Part shown: piece by piece, positions 27,116-40,764 of the stretch
Layout of the letters: every line of letters starts with the position of its first letter
How positions within the stretch are numbered: the first letter of the stretch is position 1
From: Rotaria socialis
Taxonomy: Eukaryota
Assembly: GCA_905331295.1 (NCBI GenBank)
Contig: CAJNYD010000012.1
Location: forward strand, 620,001-684,000
Direction: 5' to 3'
DNA: 64,000 nucleotides
Translations under genes and position numbers: made by a program
Notes under the pieces: model-generated
What the model was told of the DNA's origin: nothing
Database searches by the model: none
The model's input: only the letters and a program-made list of their open reading frames with translations

Positions 27116-27752
27116 GATATCAGATTGCAAGAAAAATTATATGCTATTATGGATGATAGCCTTGATGATATTGTACACGTGAGATACTTGTCTCTCGTTA
27201 TGGCAGTTCGATACGACCCTTCAGTCTTCATTTTCATGTTTTTGTTCAAAAATCTGCATAAAAATCTTGGACGAGAAATGTATCTTATGAAACGTTTTTT
27301 TAACGCTTGCAATCCAAGACAATGTACATATAAATATCATCATAGAGTTAGTAATAACAGAGTTTTGGTTGAAGAAATATTGGCACCACTCGCGTAGATC
27401 AACGCGACATTTCTCTCGAAAGTTCTGTTTTATTCTAATGATTTAGTCGAACATTGTTAGGTTACCGTTCTATAGCCAATAGTCATGCTAAGAAAAAGTT
27501 CATCTTCACTCATCAACCAACAACGTCGACTAGTGTCCTCTCTGAGTCATATCTAACACCGTGTGATATTGAGTTACTGATAAAAAAAAAGAAGAGAAAA
27601 GACAATAGTATATCCTATCGTAAAGAGCGAACAGGTAGAACGATAAACGACACACGTATCACTTTTATATTGATATCATAAGACGAGTTGATTCGACCTT
27701 CGAAGCTCATTTTACTTCAAATCAAATCGTCATCAATAAAAATCGATTTCCT

Positions 27753-30011
27753 ATGGCCTATCAGTTACCAGACAGAAAACCATCATTCATTATAAACGCA
27801 GATGAAAATAAAGAAAGTACAACACTTATTTGTTTCGATCCAAATATAGAACAACTTGAAAATTCTGAAAAATCGAAAGAACAACTTCGTATTATTAATA
27901 ATTATGTTATTTATTCATTTGATATAGAGCAATGCATTCGACAAATTGAATTAATTAATGAAGAAAAAATCTTGTTAATAACATCAGGATTGAAAGCATC
28001 GCAAATATTACCAAGAATTAGTTCTTTCCAACAAATCGATTCAATTTTTATCTTCAGTCAAGATAACCAACAATATGATCATCTATTGAGTGAATACCCA
28101 AAGTTACTTGGTAGTTATGTTAATTTTGATGATTTATGCAAATCAATAAAACAACAAATCGATCGTGTTAATAACGAAATCGAATCATTTTGTTTTTTTG
28201 ATCAATATCAAATATTAACGAAAGCTCTATCTCCAGAATCTGCAAAATTTCTATGGGCTCAATTATTTCACTATCTTATTGTTCAGCTTCCACAAAATCA
28301 ACAAGCAAAACGAAAGTCAATTCAATTATGTAAAGATTATTATCGTGGAAATACAAAAGAAACTAAATTGATTCGGGAATTCGAAGAACATTACCAATCG
28401 GAAGATGCTATTCGTTGGTATTTAAAAGAATCGTTTGTTAGAAAACTCATTCATAAGGCATTGAAAGTCGGTGATATTAATTTCCTATATCAATTTCGAT
28501 TTTTTATTGCTGATCTCACTGAAAATCTTCAACGTCAACAACAGAAGATTTTACAGTCGGATGAAACTATTTTAAATGTTTATCGAGGCATTAAACTTGA
28601 TAAGGAAGAATTTAATAAAATCAAACATAATCAAGGTAAACTTATTTCAACAAATGGATATTTATTAACTACTCGACAGATGGAAGCCGCCGCAGATTGT
28701 GCTAAACGCCCGGCACGAAAAACCGATATGATTTCTGTTCTTTTGCATATTCAATGTGATATTAAATCAATGGATAAAAATATTCTTTTCGGTAATATCG
28801 ATCAATTAAGTGACGATCACGATGAACACGAAGTACTATTCGATTTCAATACGTGCTTCGAAATTGAGTCTATTGACGATTGTGATTCGTTGAAAATAAT
28901 CAAAATGAATCTTTCCGATCAAGGACAAATGGCTATGAGACATTTTATTGAATTAAAACAACGTCAAACAGAAGAAATGAATCTTACGATTATTGTCGGA
29001 CGGTTATTGTGTAGTTTAGGCGAATATGAAAAATCAAAACGATATTTTCAACAATTATTCAATGATGCAAATGATGAAGATCGTGCTTGGATTGAATTTA
29101 ATATTGGTCGTGTTCTTGCTTTAAATAAAGAATCGAATGAAGCTAGAATATATTATAATCATGCGTACGAACGAATGATGAATTATAAACCAGCACGAGT
29201 ACTAGAATCAGCTCATGTTTTGAATAATATTGGTTGTCTATTGGCTAATCAGGAAAAGTACGATGAAGCTATCGATTATCATCAACGAGCATTGGAAATT
29301 CGAGAAAAATTTTATCCACCGGGACACATCGATATTGCTCAAAGTCTCTATAATATTGGTCTTATTCTTGATAATCAAGGAAAATATGACGATTCTCTTG
29401 AATACTATCAAACAGCACTGAAAATTCAAGAGAAATGTTACCCGTCTGTTCATCCGCATATTTACAGAAGTCTGAATAGCATCGGTATTATTCTCTATCG
29501 ACAAGGAAAGTACGAACAAGCTCTCGACTATTATAAACATGCATTAAAAATTGAAGAGAGCTTGTATCCGTCTGGTCATGATGATCTTACCTATACACTT
29601 AACAATATCGGTATTATTCTTCGTAATAAAGGTATGCACGATGAAGCTCTTCAATATTGTCGACGAGCATTGGATATCGAAGAAAAACTTTATCCATCTG
29701 GCCATTCGAATATTGCTAAAAGTCTTGGCAATATCGGCAATATTCTGTCCGATCAAGGGAAATCGAATGAAGCTCTCGATTATCATCAACGAGCATTGGC
29801 TATTCAAGAAAAATCTTATCCCTCTGGTCATGTCGATATTGGTCACAGTTTAAATAATATTGGCATATGTTATGAAAATTTGAACAAGGAAAAAATGGCA
29901 CTTCACTATTATCAACATGCATTGACTATCTACGAAAAAGTTCTTCCTCGCGATCATCCACGTCGCCAACGAACCGAACACAATATTCGTCGACTTACTC
30001 AAGACGATTAA
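27753..30011 (+). CDS. Intronless ADP-ribosyltransferase-like (R-S-E type) domain + 42-aa TPR repeat protein
   Basis: 752-aa ORF with AIRWY..ESF...L..AL, VYRG, LISTNGYLLTT and EHEVLFD, followed by kinesin-light-chain-type TPRs (A.SL.NIG....QGKYD.AL.Y...AL.I.EK.YP.GH). Confidence 0.85.
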   Translation: MAYQLPDRKPSFIINADENKESTTLICFDPNIEQLENSEKSKEQLRIINNYVIYSFDIEQCIRQIELINEEKILLITSGLKASQILPRISSFQQIDSIFIFSQDNQQYDHLLSEYPKLLGSYVNFDDLCKSIKQQIDRVNNEIESFCFFDQYQILTKALSPESAKFLWAQLFHYLIVQLPQNQQAKRKSIQLCKDYYRGNTKETKLIREFEEHYQSEDAIRWYLKESFVRKLIHKALKVGDINFLYQFRFFIADLTENLQRQQQKILQSDETILNVYRGIKLDKEEFNKIKHNQGKLISTNGYLLTTRQMEAAADCAKRPARKTDMISVLLHIQCDIKSMDKNILFGNIDQLSDDHDEHEVLFDFNTCFEIESIDDCDSLKIIKMNLSDQGQMAMRHFIELKQRQTEEMNLTIIVGRLLCSLGEYEKSKRYFQQLFNDANDEDRAWIEFNIGRVLALNKESNEARIYYNHAYERMMNYKPARVLESAHVLNNIGCLLANQEKYDEAIDYHQRALEIREKFYPPGHIDIAQSLYNIGLILDNQGKYDDSLEYYQTALKIQEKCYPSVHPHIYRSLNSIGIILYRQGKYEQALDYYKHALKIEESLYPSGHDDLTYTLNNIGIILRNKGMHDEALQYCRRALDIEEKLYPSGHSNIAKSLGNIGNILSDQGKSNEALDYHQRALAIQEKSYPSGHVDIGHSLNNIGICYENLNKEKMALHYYQHALTIYEKVLPRDHPRRQRTEHNIRRLTQDD

Positions 30012-30887
30012 ATTTATTTTCTGATAAAGAGAAAAATAAAAAATCCTTAATATCAATAATGTTTATTTGTAATTCTAAATATTCTTTATTTAGCGTATTA
30101 TCATTTTTATCTATGGAAGCTTTTTTGTTTTGTTTTTGTGAATATATTGGGATAGAAAATGAATTAGAAGAGATCGAAACCTTCGGTATGAAGAAGTTAT
30201 TTTTATATATTTTTTTCTTCAAAAAATATCTTAGACGCTTTTGTTCTTTAATCAATATATTTTTTTTCCAGAAAATGACATCACTATTATGAATGATTCT
30301 ACGATAGAGTGAGCAGGAAATTGTTTTTATAAGGAAATTATAATTGAATTTTTTGATAAAAGTATTATTATTTCCTTTATTCTTTTGTGTTGTTTATTAA
30401 CATCATCATTTTTTTATCAACACTCATAAAATAATGAACCAAACTGATGTGTCTGATGAAGACAAACAAATTTCTATAGCGCTAGAATGCAAAAAATAAA
30501 GAGAAGGAAGACTGGCACAAACGTGATAGCAAAATTAGAACCAATGCGGAATACAATAGAGTTATATAAAAAAAAAGAAGAACAAACGAGCTTTCTATTT
30601 TATTAATGCATGCATGTGTGTGTCTATAGCCGGAATCTCGATCTGTTGAACACGCATTGACCAAATATATGCATTGTACTTAGTTTTCGCTGACGAATTA
30701 CCTAGGGTTACCTCGCAATGTTGATAATGGCCTTTTGATTGCAGATTATTTCCCCCGATTAATCACTACCTGGCCATGAAGAGAATGAGTGAATCCAAAA
30801 TAAGTTTACATTAGACATACAATTTTGCACTTCTATGTGATTCTCTTTTTCTATAAGCAACTATTTCTCTTCTATCATGATGATGAC

Positions 30888-30921
<34 letters not shown>

Positions 30922-31166
30922 TGAAGGAAAGGGAAATAAATAGATAGAACACCCTATCATATACATATATGAGCATCAAAATGATCTACAATCGGAAATG
31001 ACACACTTAAAAAAATTACTTTTTTTTTCTTCTTTTACACATTACAGATTGTCTCTATCTATCTATCTCTTTCGTGATTGTCACTTTTTTTTCTACTATT
31101 TATGCAACATCAATTCTATTGAGTTTAACGGTGAGATTAAAAAGACGACCGTTTATTGTTAACATT

Positions 31167-32685
31167 ATGGCTGATGTAGTTCATCGTATTAGCGAATTAT
31201 CGCATACGCGTCACTCATGGTTTGGTTGTTCTGACGATGATGCATGTAATCGTCTAAACCATCGTCATACTGTTCTTATGTTATTGATATTTTCGGCCAT
31301 CCTTACGTCACGTTTGTTTATTTCCGATGTAATTATTTGTTGGACACCCGGTGAATTTACAGGTAATTCACAGATTCATTAATACGTATAGAGAAAGATA
31401 AAGATCATGTGCCTGTAAGGATCAATGATGACTTCTATCATTGTGAGCACGAAGACATAGCATGACATTTTGAAAATTGCTTGGAGAATGCTATGAACTT
31501 CTCATGAAAAAATTTGATCTGTTTCTAGGGAATTTTGTTTCGTATACGCGTCATTATTGTTATGTAACCAATACTTATTATATATCCATGAATGAAACAA
31601 TTCCAACATTAAGTAATTCTCATATGCGTCGTAAACGTTCAATTTATTATTATCAATGGTTGCCAATATTACTTGCCTTTCAATCGTTGCTATTTTTAAT
31701 TCCACGTTTAATTTGGAGTAGTTTTAGTTCACGCTGTGGAATTAATTTACAGCATTGTTTATCACCGAAATTCGATTATCGAACAAGTCGCTATAGAGTT
31801 CATCATATAACAGCCATGCTTAATTTATTAGCACGTGCTAAACAACATGATTATAACCGTATATCAACGATTGAAAGCGTTGATAGCAGTGGTTTTACAT
31901 CTAACATGCAATTCTTTAAAACATTTTGTATTCCATTTCTATTATTAAATGAAAATCCATTTCATGGTTATTATCTTGCAAATTTATTTCTTATTGTTAA
32001 AATACTTTTTCTAATTAATTCATCGTTACAATTATTTTTGTTAAATGCATTATTAACCAAAAATTCAATTCTCTACGGTGTTGAAGTTATTGAAAATTTT
32101 CGTCGTGGTGAATATATTGTTGGCTCAAGGATATTTCCATTGAGTGTCTATTGTGATTTTAATATTATTAAAATTGGTCAACCAACCGCTTATACAGTAA
32201 AATATATTATTAGAATAATATTGTTATTTATTTATTTATTTTAGGTTCAATGTTTATTACCGATGAATGTGTTTAATGAAAAAATCTTTACTATTATTTG
32301 GTTTTGGTTAGTTTTTTTAACGATAACAAATTTAAAAAGTGTTTTATTAACAATAATTCGTAGTAGTTTTCATCAATTTAATTATTCTTACATTGCGAAC
32401 TATCTAGATTTATATTCGAAAAAAGAACGTTTTAAAAGGCATCTACTTGTTAAACGTTTTATATTTGATTATTTATCAGCCGATGGTATATTAATATTGA
32501 GATTAATATCGGAAAATATTAGTGATCTATTAACAAGTGAAGTTATTCATGAACTCTGGAATGAATATAAGAAACTATCGAATTTATCATCAACCAATCG
32601 TGAAAAATATCAACGATTAAAAGCTAGTGGTCAAACATCGACACACATTTTAACATCAAATAAAAATATTCATTATCGTCATTGA
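31167..32685 (+). CDS. Innexin (gap junction protein); exons 31167-31362, 31529-32196, 32245-32685
   Basis: DD..RLNH..T, I.CWTP, YCY, the YYQW(L)P signature, FP..VYCDF and QCLLPMNVFNEKIF.IIWFW. Confidence 0.95.
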
Positions 32686-33739
32686 TTCAAATAAAGAAAT
32701 CTAAATATTTAACGAGTAGAATATTTGTGAAATAATGTTCCTATTAGAAACTATTAACGAGTACAGTTGTTTGTTAGATTGATAAACGTGATTTGTCTTA
32801 GTTGTGTTCAATCGTGCAACCTCCAACGCTGGATTGGGTGCGATGTTTTTAGTTAATTCGGCAATATTAGTATCATACAATTATTAAGATTTTAAAAATG
32901 AATAATGATTCTTTTAATAATTTTCACACTCTCAGTGGGCTTAGCCCAGAAAGTTCTCAAGATCAATTGAAAATTCTGCATTTCATCCATCTCTTGGAGT
33001 ATAGTAGAAGATTGATTTCAGTTGAAAAATTTTTGATTAAATTTGACAAAGTGGTGAATGAAAATGTATGTTTAAAAATTAGTGCACTATTTACATAAAA
33101 TAATAGCAAGTATCCAGATGAAAAAAATGAGGCAAAAATCAAATAAAATTGATCAACAAAACTCGGGGCTATGCCAGTACCTTGAACTCATTGCATAAAA
33201 ATATCCTATGTTTTAAATAATGGACCGGTTTTAGCCCATGAAATATAACATCGAAAATCAATTATTTTGCTAACTGGTGCTTCTACTATCGGTTCAAATC
33301 AGGTAATTTTCATTATTGAGTAGTGATATATTTGTCTCCAAATGCTAAATGCGATATAAAACATTTATGCCTAAACAATGTATGCCATCATACATTTTCG
33401 ACTACGCTCTACAAGATGCCAACATCAGTTTCTAAGAGTAATGCCTCTCGATTTCTTGCCGATATTTGGTTTGTGTATCAATACATACAAGTACATGCGG
33501 GTAAAAGCTAGTGGATCTTATTACATGCTAGTGCATTGTAGAAGATAGAAAATGATGTAAGTACAAGTTGTACCTGTATCCATGGATATATGATATTTTC
33601 GATTTTATTACAATAGAAAATTTCATGTTTATAAATAATTGAAATGTGCACAGCCGTCATGTAAGCGTTACAATCTTTCAAACTGGGACGACGCTGTAGG
33701 TATGTTATTGTTCTTTCTCACAGCCTGCATGACTTGTTT

Positions 33740-34110
33740 TTTCAACTCCTGAGGGTGTGGGTGTGAACTTGGGTATGAACCTGGGTGTAAGCCCCCAGGT
33801 CCAAACGGTACGGCGGGAAGCTGTTGGTTTCGGTGAAATTTCGACAAAAAAGATGGAAGCAGTATTCCGGGACCGGTTAGGGCTACCATTTACGGCTTTT
33901 TTCCTGCTGATTCCTGCAACCGGATGAAATACCAGGATATCGCCGCCGTTTTCGGCAAGGTTCCTGAGAAGGGTTCCGACGCCTTTTCACGGGAGCAGGA
34001 TCCGAACTATATTCCTTCCGTTTCCGATTCGGTCGCAACGCCCAGATCCAACCGTTCTTATTTTCTTTCTGACGGTTTAATCTCGCAACCGGAAACGATA
34101 GAATCTATTC
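33740..34110. mobile_element. GC-rich, CCGG-rich repeat remnant (probable non-autonomous element)
   Basis: Abrupt GC rise. ATGGAAGCAGTATTCC at 33853-33868 is the reverse complement of 35361-35376. Confidence 0.4.
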
Positions 34111-35299
34111 GAAAACGTATTTCTTGTAACTACATGACTTTAATACATTAAAATCGACCAATTGGATCGCTCTCTCAAAAAAATCTCTAGAATACAATTG
34201 TATATTCAATGTTCAAACGTATGGAATATTAAAACAAAAATTACAATTCCATACAAGCATTGATAAAGATTTTGGCTCTCTTCAAAACAGCGAACTAAAT
34301 TGGGCATGATAGTCATGCGAAAAGAAGTTTTAAGGAGTACGAAATTAACAGCAGTGTGAAAACAAGCAGACTGGATACAAAATACCACGTAAGAGATTGC
34401 ACAACTCACAACCCACTGCTGAGAGCAATAGTTGAGTAGAGACCACGATAGACTATTGAATTGTGTCTTCCAATTGGAAGATATTATTTAGCTCGGATAA
34501 TCCCACACGACAATGCACGATAACTAGGCAAACGGAACCACTACTGAGCTGATTTAAATTAATTTAATTGCCAGAGTTCAAGACACCATAAAAAGCAATA
34601 AATTACACGTCCAATATCTGGAAAGTCTAGAAACCGACAAATTACTCAAATCTTATCATTTTAAAGGTCTTCAAGCACACCTGTCACAAATACGAAGGGA
34701 AAGTGACAGGTAGGCACAGGAGCAGAAAAACCATTCTCTCTGAATCCAACCGAGTTCGATATGTCAAAAACGAAAGCGCTCAAAACAAAATTATTGAAAT
34801 ACTAAAGCCGTGTTCAAACTGACCTAGCGATACATGAACACTCTGAAGATCACCAATCTATCCACATGAGTGAGCATTCAAAGTTCCAACCCCATTTCTA
34901 ATATTAATCGATGATAATTGAAAACAAGAATCGACATAGGACTTTGAACTTCTTGTAGATCTTCCTTGAGCAACATTTACAATCAGTGTTGTACTCTCCA
35001 TCAGCAGAATATCATCTAATTAAGGTAAATAGAACAAATCAGCTTCAAAAATCTTTATTAGTAAAATCATGATTTCGAGGTTAAATCAAGCTTGAATTGC
35101 AGCTTTTCTTCGTGGAAAGATCTCTAGTGATTTTCGTAGATCTTTCATATTTGTTTTAGGATGCAGAATCGTGCATTCCATTATGCTTCCGCTTTGTCCC
35201 ATTAGTATCCTTTGCTTTTCCATTTTGGATATGAAGGTTTCCGCTGGCATTCCTGATTTCCTCCTCCCTGTTTCTCTAGGATCATTGTATGTTCCTTAG

Positions 35300-35600
35300 A
35301 GTTTCCTATGGCTGGATTTGCGAGGAAGTTAAAGGTTCAGGGTACGGTTTTTTTCCGGGTGGAATACTGCTTCCATTTCCTATTGTTTTTCCTGCATGAT
35401 CCGGCGGGAAATCACCAGAAAGAAGGTGTTTCCAGACCGATTCCGGAAGGATCTGGAGACCGGAATCATCGATCTGGCGTTATGCGGGCGGGGGAACTTA
35501 CACAGTTTAACTACTCGTGGGTCGGCGGGACGGGTGTCGGAAATTGGCGGGGCACGAAAATTCTCTGTCCCGCACATCACTTATGGAAGGTGTAACGATA
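35300..35600. mobile_element. GC-rich repeat remnant related in inverted orientation to 33740-34110
   Basis: GGAATACTGCTTCCAT plus many CCGG/CCGGA motifs; no credible protein. Confidence 0.4.
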
Positions 35601-35782
35601 AATATGGCCCTTGCTGGTTGATTTATTAAGACAAACTGGATAGAGGTGGAGTAGCTTAGCACCACTTTAGGCAATGATGTTTATTCGCTTCTTCACATAT
35701 CCAGAGTGTAACAACTTTATACATACCACACGTATATATAGGAGAGAGATAGAAGAGAGACCGGAAAGGGATATATTATAAC

Positions 35783-36800
35783 AATGGAAAGAGAACATAA
35801 CGAAGAGGAAGGATAATCATCGAAGCGTGCCATCAATATCGGCACAGAAGGTTAATGTTTAGGTTGTAAATTACCCGATACTGCTAATGGTGCCATTCAA
35901 ATTGAAGATACACAAGTTCATGAGCAACATGCAACTAAACATAATGGCTTAAATGATAAAGGTATTCGTATTATTTCTAAATGTTCATTGAATCAAAAGA
36001 TATTAGGTTTTGTATAGAGATATTGACGATGATATTCAAATGAGTGAATTTGCTGTACAAAAGAACGTTTATTTGGGATTTGCTGATCTAGGTTTACTTG
36101 CTACAGTTGGACCACGAACAATACATGTTTATGATAAACTATGTGTAGTCGTTCTTTCAACTGATAGTGGGAAAATTCGTGATAGTAATAAAATTATGCT
36201 TATGAGAGTATTAAAATATACAACATGCTATTTACCTTCAGTGTGGCATTATATATAACAAGTAACTTCGATTCTTATTCCGAATCTTTCCAAACAGTTA
36301 TTTTGAGAATTTATTCTAATGAAACATTGGTTATTCCAACATTACAATCTTATCATTCAATAATTCATGTGCAGGTATATATATATATATATATATACTT
36401 GAATTAGCATACGAACTTTTTTATTGGATCATTTAGTTTAATAAATCCATTGACTATCTTAATCCACGACCTGAATATATCCGTGTCATTATTATTGAAT
36501 GGCCAAAGAAATCTTCAATTCCAGTAGCACACATTGTTTCAGCAGATATTCAATGTAGTTTACGTTTATTCGGCGCTCGACGTTGTGAAGGTTTACTATG
36601 TTTGTCAAGTAAAGCTGATGCTGATCTATTATTTTTTAATATAAAACAAGATGGTTATGATCAACAAGTTGAGCGTGTACTTTTATCATTCTCGAAAGAA
36701 ATTTAAAATTCAATTAGGATGAATATTGCCGTTCAGAACCCTTACATCCTCAAGTTGATTGATCTAAACTATCTGTACGATAGTAATGATTTAGCATCAG
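35783..36800 (+). pseudogene. Disrupted multi-exon gene of unknown family
   Basis: Protein-like exons with splice sites (LLATVGPRTIHVYDKLCVVVLSTD; RLFGARRCEGLLCLS), but an early in-frame TAA (MEREHNEEEG*) and a frameshift in the TATATA run near 36250-36258. Confidence 0.55.
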
Positions 36801-37129
36801 AAAAGTTCAAATGACATTTGTTCACCTCAGCACATGGTTTCTTTTTCTGGTGATTATAAAAAGCTATGTTATGAGAAATTCACATTATCGTTCGTGAATG
36901 TTTCTCTATTCAACATAATTTCTTACAATTTTGCTTGATTTATAAATGAAAGTGTTGCTCTAGCAAGTCGATGTTGCGATCAGCCTGCACATTTTATTCA
37001 TCGTAACATGTAGCGAGGGAAGTTGTCATAAGGTTCATTTTAGATATGTTGAATATTGTTCGCGTAGAGATGAATCGTGGAACTTGAATTTCGAGTCGAA
37101 GCTATCCTTGATAAACAGATAAGGAGAAA

Positions 37130-37229
37130 NNNNNNNNNNNNNNNNNNNNNNNNNNNNNNNNNNNNNNNNNNNNNNNNNNNNNNNNNNNNNNNNNNNNNNN
37201 NNNNNNNNNNNNNNNNNNNNNNNNNNNNN
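37130..37229. other. Assembly gap (100 N)
   Basis: N run in the sequence. Confidence 0.99.
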
Positions 37230-37889
37230 TTGATTTGATTCTTTTCGTATATTTTTTTTGTTTTAAATTTCAAAGAAAGGAACTGATATGAACAAAAACA
37301 TGTAAGATAATATCGAACAATAAAAATATTTTCATCATGGATTTCTAGTATAAACAAGAAATAAAAAAAGTTTTTTTTATATCGTTTATTTTTTTTCTTC
37401 AGCCAAAAATACTCAACGTTTACAGAAAGAATAAGCATTGAGATGAATAAAAGTAGAGCTTATATTTATTTTCTGATTGAATATTTTTGTATAAAAGAAT
37501 TACTAAGTATTTTTTCATACAAGTACGGAAAGTATGAAGTACATTAAAAAGCAACAACGTACTTATATACTCTTGGATTTTAAATTAATTTTAGTAAAAT
37601 ACTTTCTAAATCATGACCAAAAATAAACTAAATAAAATTCATCTGAAGATGAATTTCAGCTATGGAGTATACGGGGTAGAGGAGTAGCGAGTACTTTAGA
37701 AACAGGATTAGAAGGCATGACCTAGTGCAAGAAAAGAAATACTTTTTCTTCGTACTGCTTATGTAAATACAGTAACACTGGTAGTAGAGTACATAAAAAA
37801 GCATGATTCATAATAAATAGTAACAGCTCAATGAGGGTACATACTTGATGAAATTATACAAGTATCTGAAAAAAGAAAAATACTTTCAA

Positions 37890-40340
37890 CATCAATTATT
37901 TATTTTGTTTTAATTACTTTTATTTTGACAAATTGTTTTCTAATGATCAATACCATAACCTATTCAGATAGGCATGTTGATGATGCATATGGCATACGTA
38001 TGACTAGTACTAATTTATTTGCTGTACTTGCTCAAAATAATGCACTTCGTTATGCGATTTCAATGATTCCTTTTGAACCAAACTATATATGCCATTATAA
38101 TTATAGTGATTCAAATTATTTTATTATTAGTATAGCTGTTGATCGACGACAAAATTTTTTCTCAATTATCATTTGTCTATTCAAGCACAAATGCAACAGA
38201 TGGACAATATCAAAAGTTAGGTTCATTTACATTTTCAAGAGGAAATAGAATGATTTCATTAAAAAAATCGTGTAATCCAATGTTAAGTTTTAATGAAGAT
38301 GAAAATGAGGTGAAAGTATGGAAACGTAAACCACCTGAACTATCAACATTGCAAGTTGATCTTTTTGAAAAATATACATATGAATTTCTCTCGAACAATA
38401 TCTTCATTTATGATATTGAAAAAAATGCAAAAATCTCGTTTGAGATGATATTTTCCCATCAATCAATGTCAAGCCCCATGCACTGGATGTCAGTGAAGCA
38501 AGTGATGGCTTTTCAATTGCAATTGTTGCTGGTTATCATCACTTAGATACTGAAAAAACATTACCAGCTGTTTATCTTGTTCGTTCGAATCCACCCAATA
38601 ATATGACACTTGTTGATAATTATATTTTGTATTCTGATACTCAAAAAATTGTTCGTGGACCTTATGTTTCAACTGATCAATTCGATTGTGTTTTATCAGT
38701 TTCAATCCATGATTCAACTCAACAAGCTTTTGTTGGTGTTCCACAATTACGTAAAACATCTTTTCTCATTTAATAGTACAAATTGAACATTAATCAATAC
38801 ATTTGATCATCCAGCACGTTCAACAAGTTGGCTCGACGATGCTGGTATACAAGCTGGTTTACTTCTTAGTGATACAACTACACTTCCTTGGTCAAAATCT
38901 CGAATACAAGTAATGAACGTATCGTCTAATGATACAGTATACGCTTATCCTAATAATCGACAAACATTAGAGCAATGGCCAAGTACGCCCCCAACATTTC
39001 TTCGATTAACAAAAACATATGATTATCAATTGGTGGTACTTACAACTGACGGTGTTGTGGTACTAATCCCTTCAGCTAACGCAGGTTACTATATGACAAC
39101 AGATGATATTAATGTGCCAGTAAAACGGTAAATCTTATGTTCATGTAAAACTTATAAATGTGTACAAGGTTCAATGCCATGTATGATACGTCTTACAATG
39201 GCAAAGAGTTCTCCTATTGGCAAGAAATATTTAGTTCTTTTGAAAATAGGACTCTCTATTGTGCCTGTAGATTGTATTGCTTGTTTGCCAAGTTCTTTTT
39301 GCCCTCTCGCTTCTGTAAGTGACGTAAATAAATCAACATTTGAATCAAACAGTCAAGCTTATGCTTATCCTACTTTATCTTTGATGGCATCACTCGATGA
39401 TATTCTCATGCAAAATATATTTAATCTACAAACAAAAACTATGCGATGTCTCATTATTTCACCATTTTTCTGGGCTCTAATCACATTATTTGCTGCTTTT
39501 ATTATTTTACTTATCATGAGTACCTTATATTATTCTCTAACAAGAATAGAACATTTTTTCGCCATTCCGATCTTATTGGTAATGGAGAATTCTGGTTTGA
39601 TGGACTCATATCCTTTTCTAATATTGTTCTTATCGTGTATAGTGTTTGGTTTGGTACAATTTTTGTTATAAAATGCCCAATAGAAACATTGAATGGTGCT
39701 TATTTTACATATGATACATCATTGAGAAATACGAAATTTAATTCAGCTCTACAATTACTAGCTACAATTAAATTGAATGAAGAAACACCAATAGTTGATA
39801 TGCTTGATATGCAAAAATTTGCTATGACTATCAACTTTTTGACGACAGGATACACTTGTAACGATGTAATTGCACAGGTAAATCAATGTAATATTCTTTG
39901 GCAACCATCACTACAAGAGTAGTCAATCGAAGTTTACTATCAGATAAGTTTTTCTCTATGTTCTGCTGTCCGTGCTCTTTCAAATATGAATTTCAAAAAG
40001 TGAATTCGAATTATATTTTCTCATTGCAGACTTATAACTTAGTATCGAATTTTACTGGCATGATTGCTGGATAAACGACTATATTTTTCAAAACTTGTGT
40101 CTTTTTTTAACAAAAGTATTGGTACATATTCAGTAGCATTAGAACATGTCAATTGCGCTCTTCAACCAGATAATGCCACACTAACTGTAGTCTATCGCGT
40201 AGCTTATCATCAAATGACTACAAATAAATTTGACAGGTAAGTTCTATCTTAAACAGAATCAATCTGAGTATTTGTATATAGGATTATATTATGTTGGTGG
40301 TATTTTTATGTATCTCACAAGTCGCTCTCCCACTGATATT
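37890..40340 (+). pseudogene. Frameshifted gene for a large membrane protein (extracellular region, Cys-rich segment, two TM helices)
   Basis: A chain of overlapping ORFs that switch frame (37925, 38139, 38913, 39174, 39446), with CIACLPSSFCP, TM segments IISPFFWALITLFAAFIILLIM and LISFSNIVLIVYSVWFGTIFV, and several stops. Confidence 0.65.
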
Positions 40341-40764
40341 TATATTGAATATATCTTAAACTTCGAATTCAACCAAATCATGTAGTTTGAATGCCATGAT
40401 GAATTTTACTGACACTCGATGATATTTATCATGTTAAATGTCGAACTATTTGCTTTGAGTCTTTCTAATTGATTATAAAGACTTTAATATTGGCACAAGC
40501 ATCGATCAACATCTTTCTTGGCAGGCAGCATTCAATAGTTCCTTGACAAATATTGATGCCGAATTTGAAAAAAAAGAGGCTTATTTTAAATCGATTCTAA
40601 TTCTGTACTATTATGACTATATCATATTAAAATTGAAATCTGCCTTTTGAATTGTACGAATACATTATTTAGCAAAGTTTACCATAAATAATCAAATTAT
40701 TTCTCGTATGAAAATATGTATTCATTTGATGAAAACATAGACTGTTATTTATTTATTTATCTAT

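Noticed and set aside
26906..27397. Short ORFs overlapping or adjacent to the second tRNA
   Set aside because: The LVPMRIELMTSALLARRSNQLS peptide is just the antisense translation of tRNA-Ile, and the neighbouring ORFs have no recognisable features.
29230..30056. Alternative-frame and antisense ORFs over the TPR array
   Set aside because: Shadow ORFs produced by the repetitive coding sequence.
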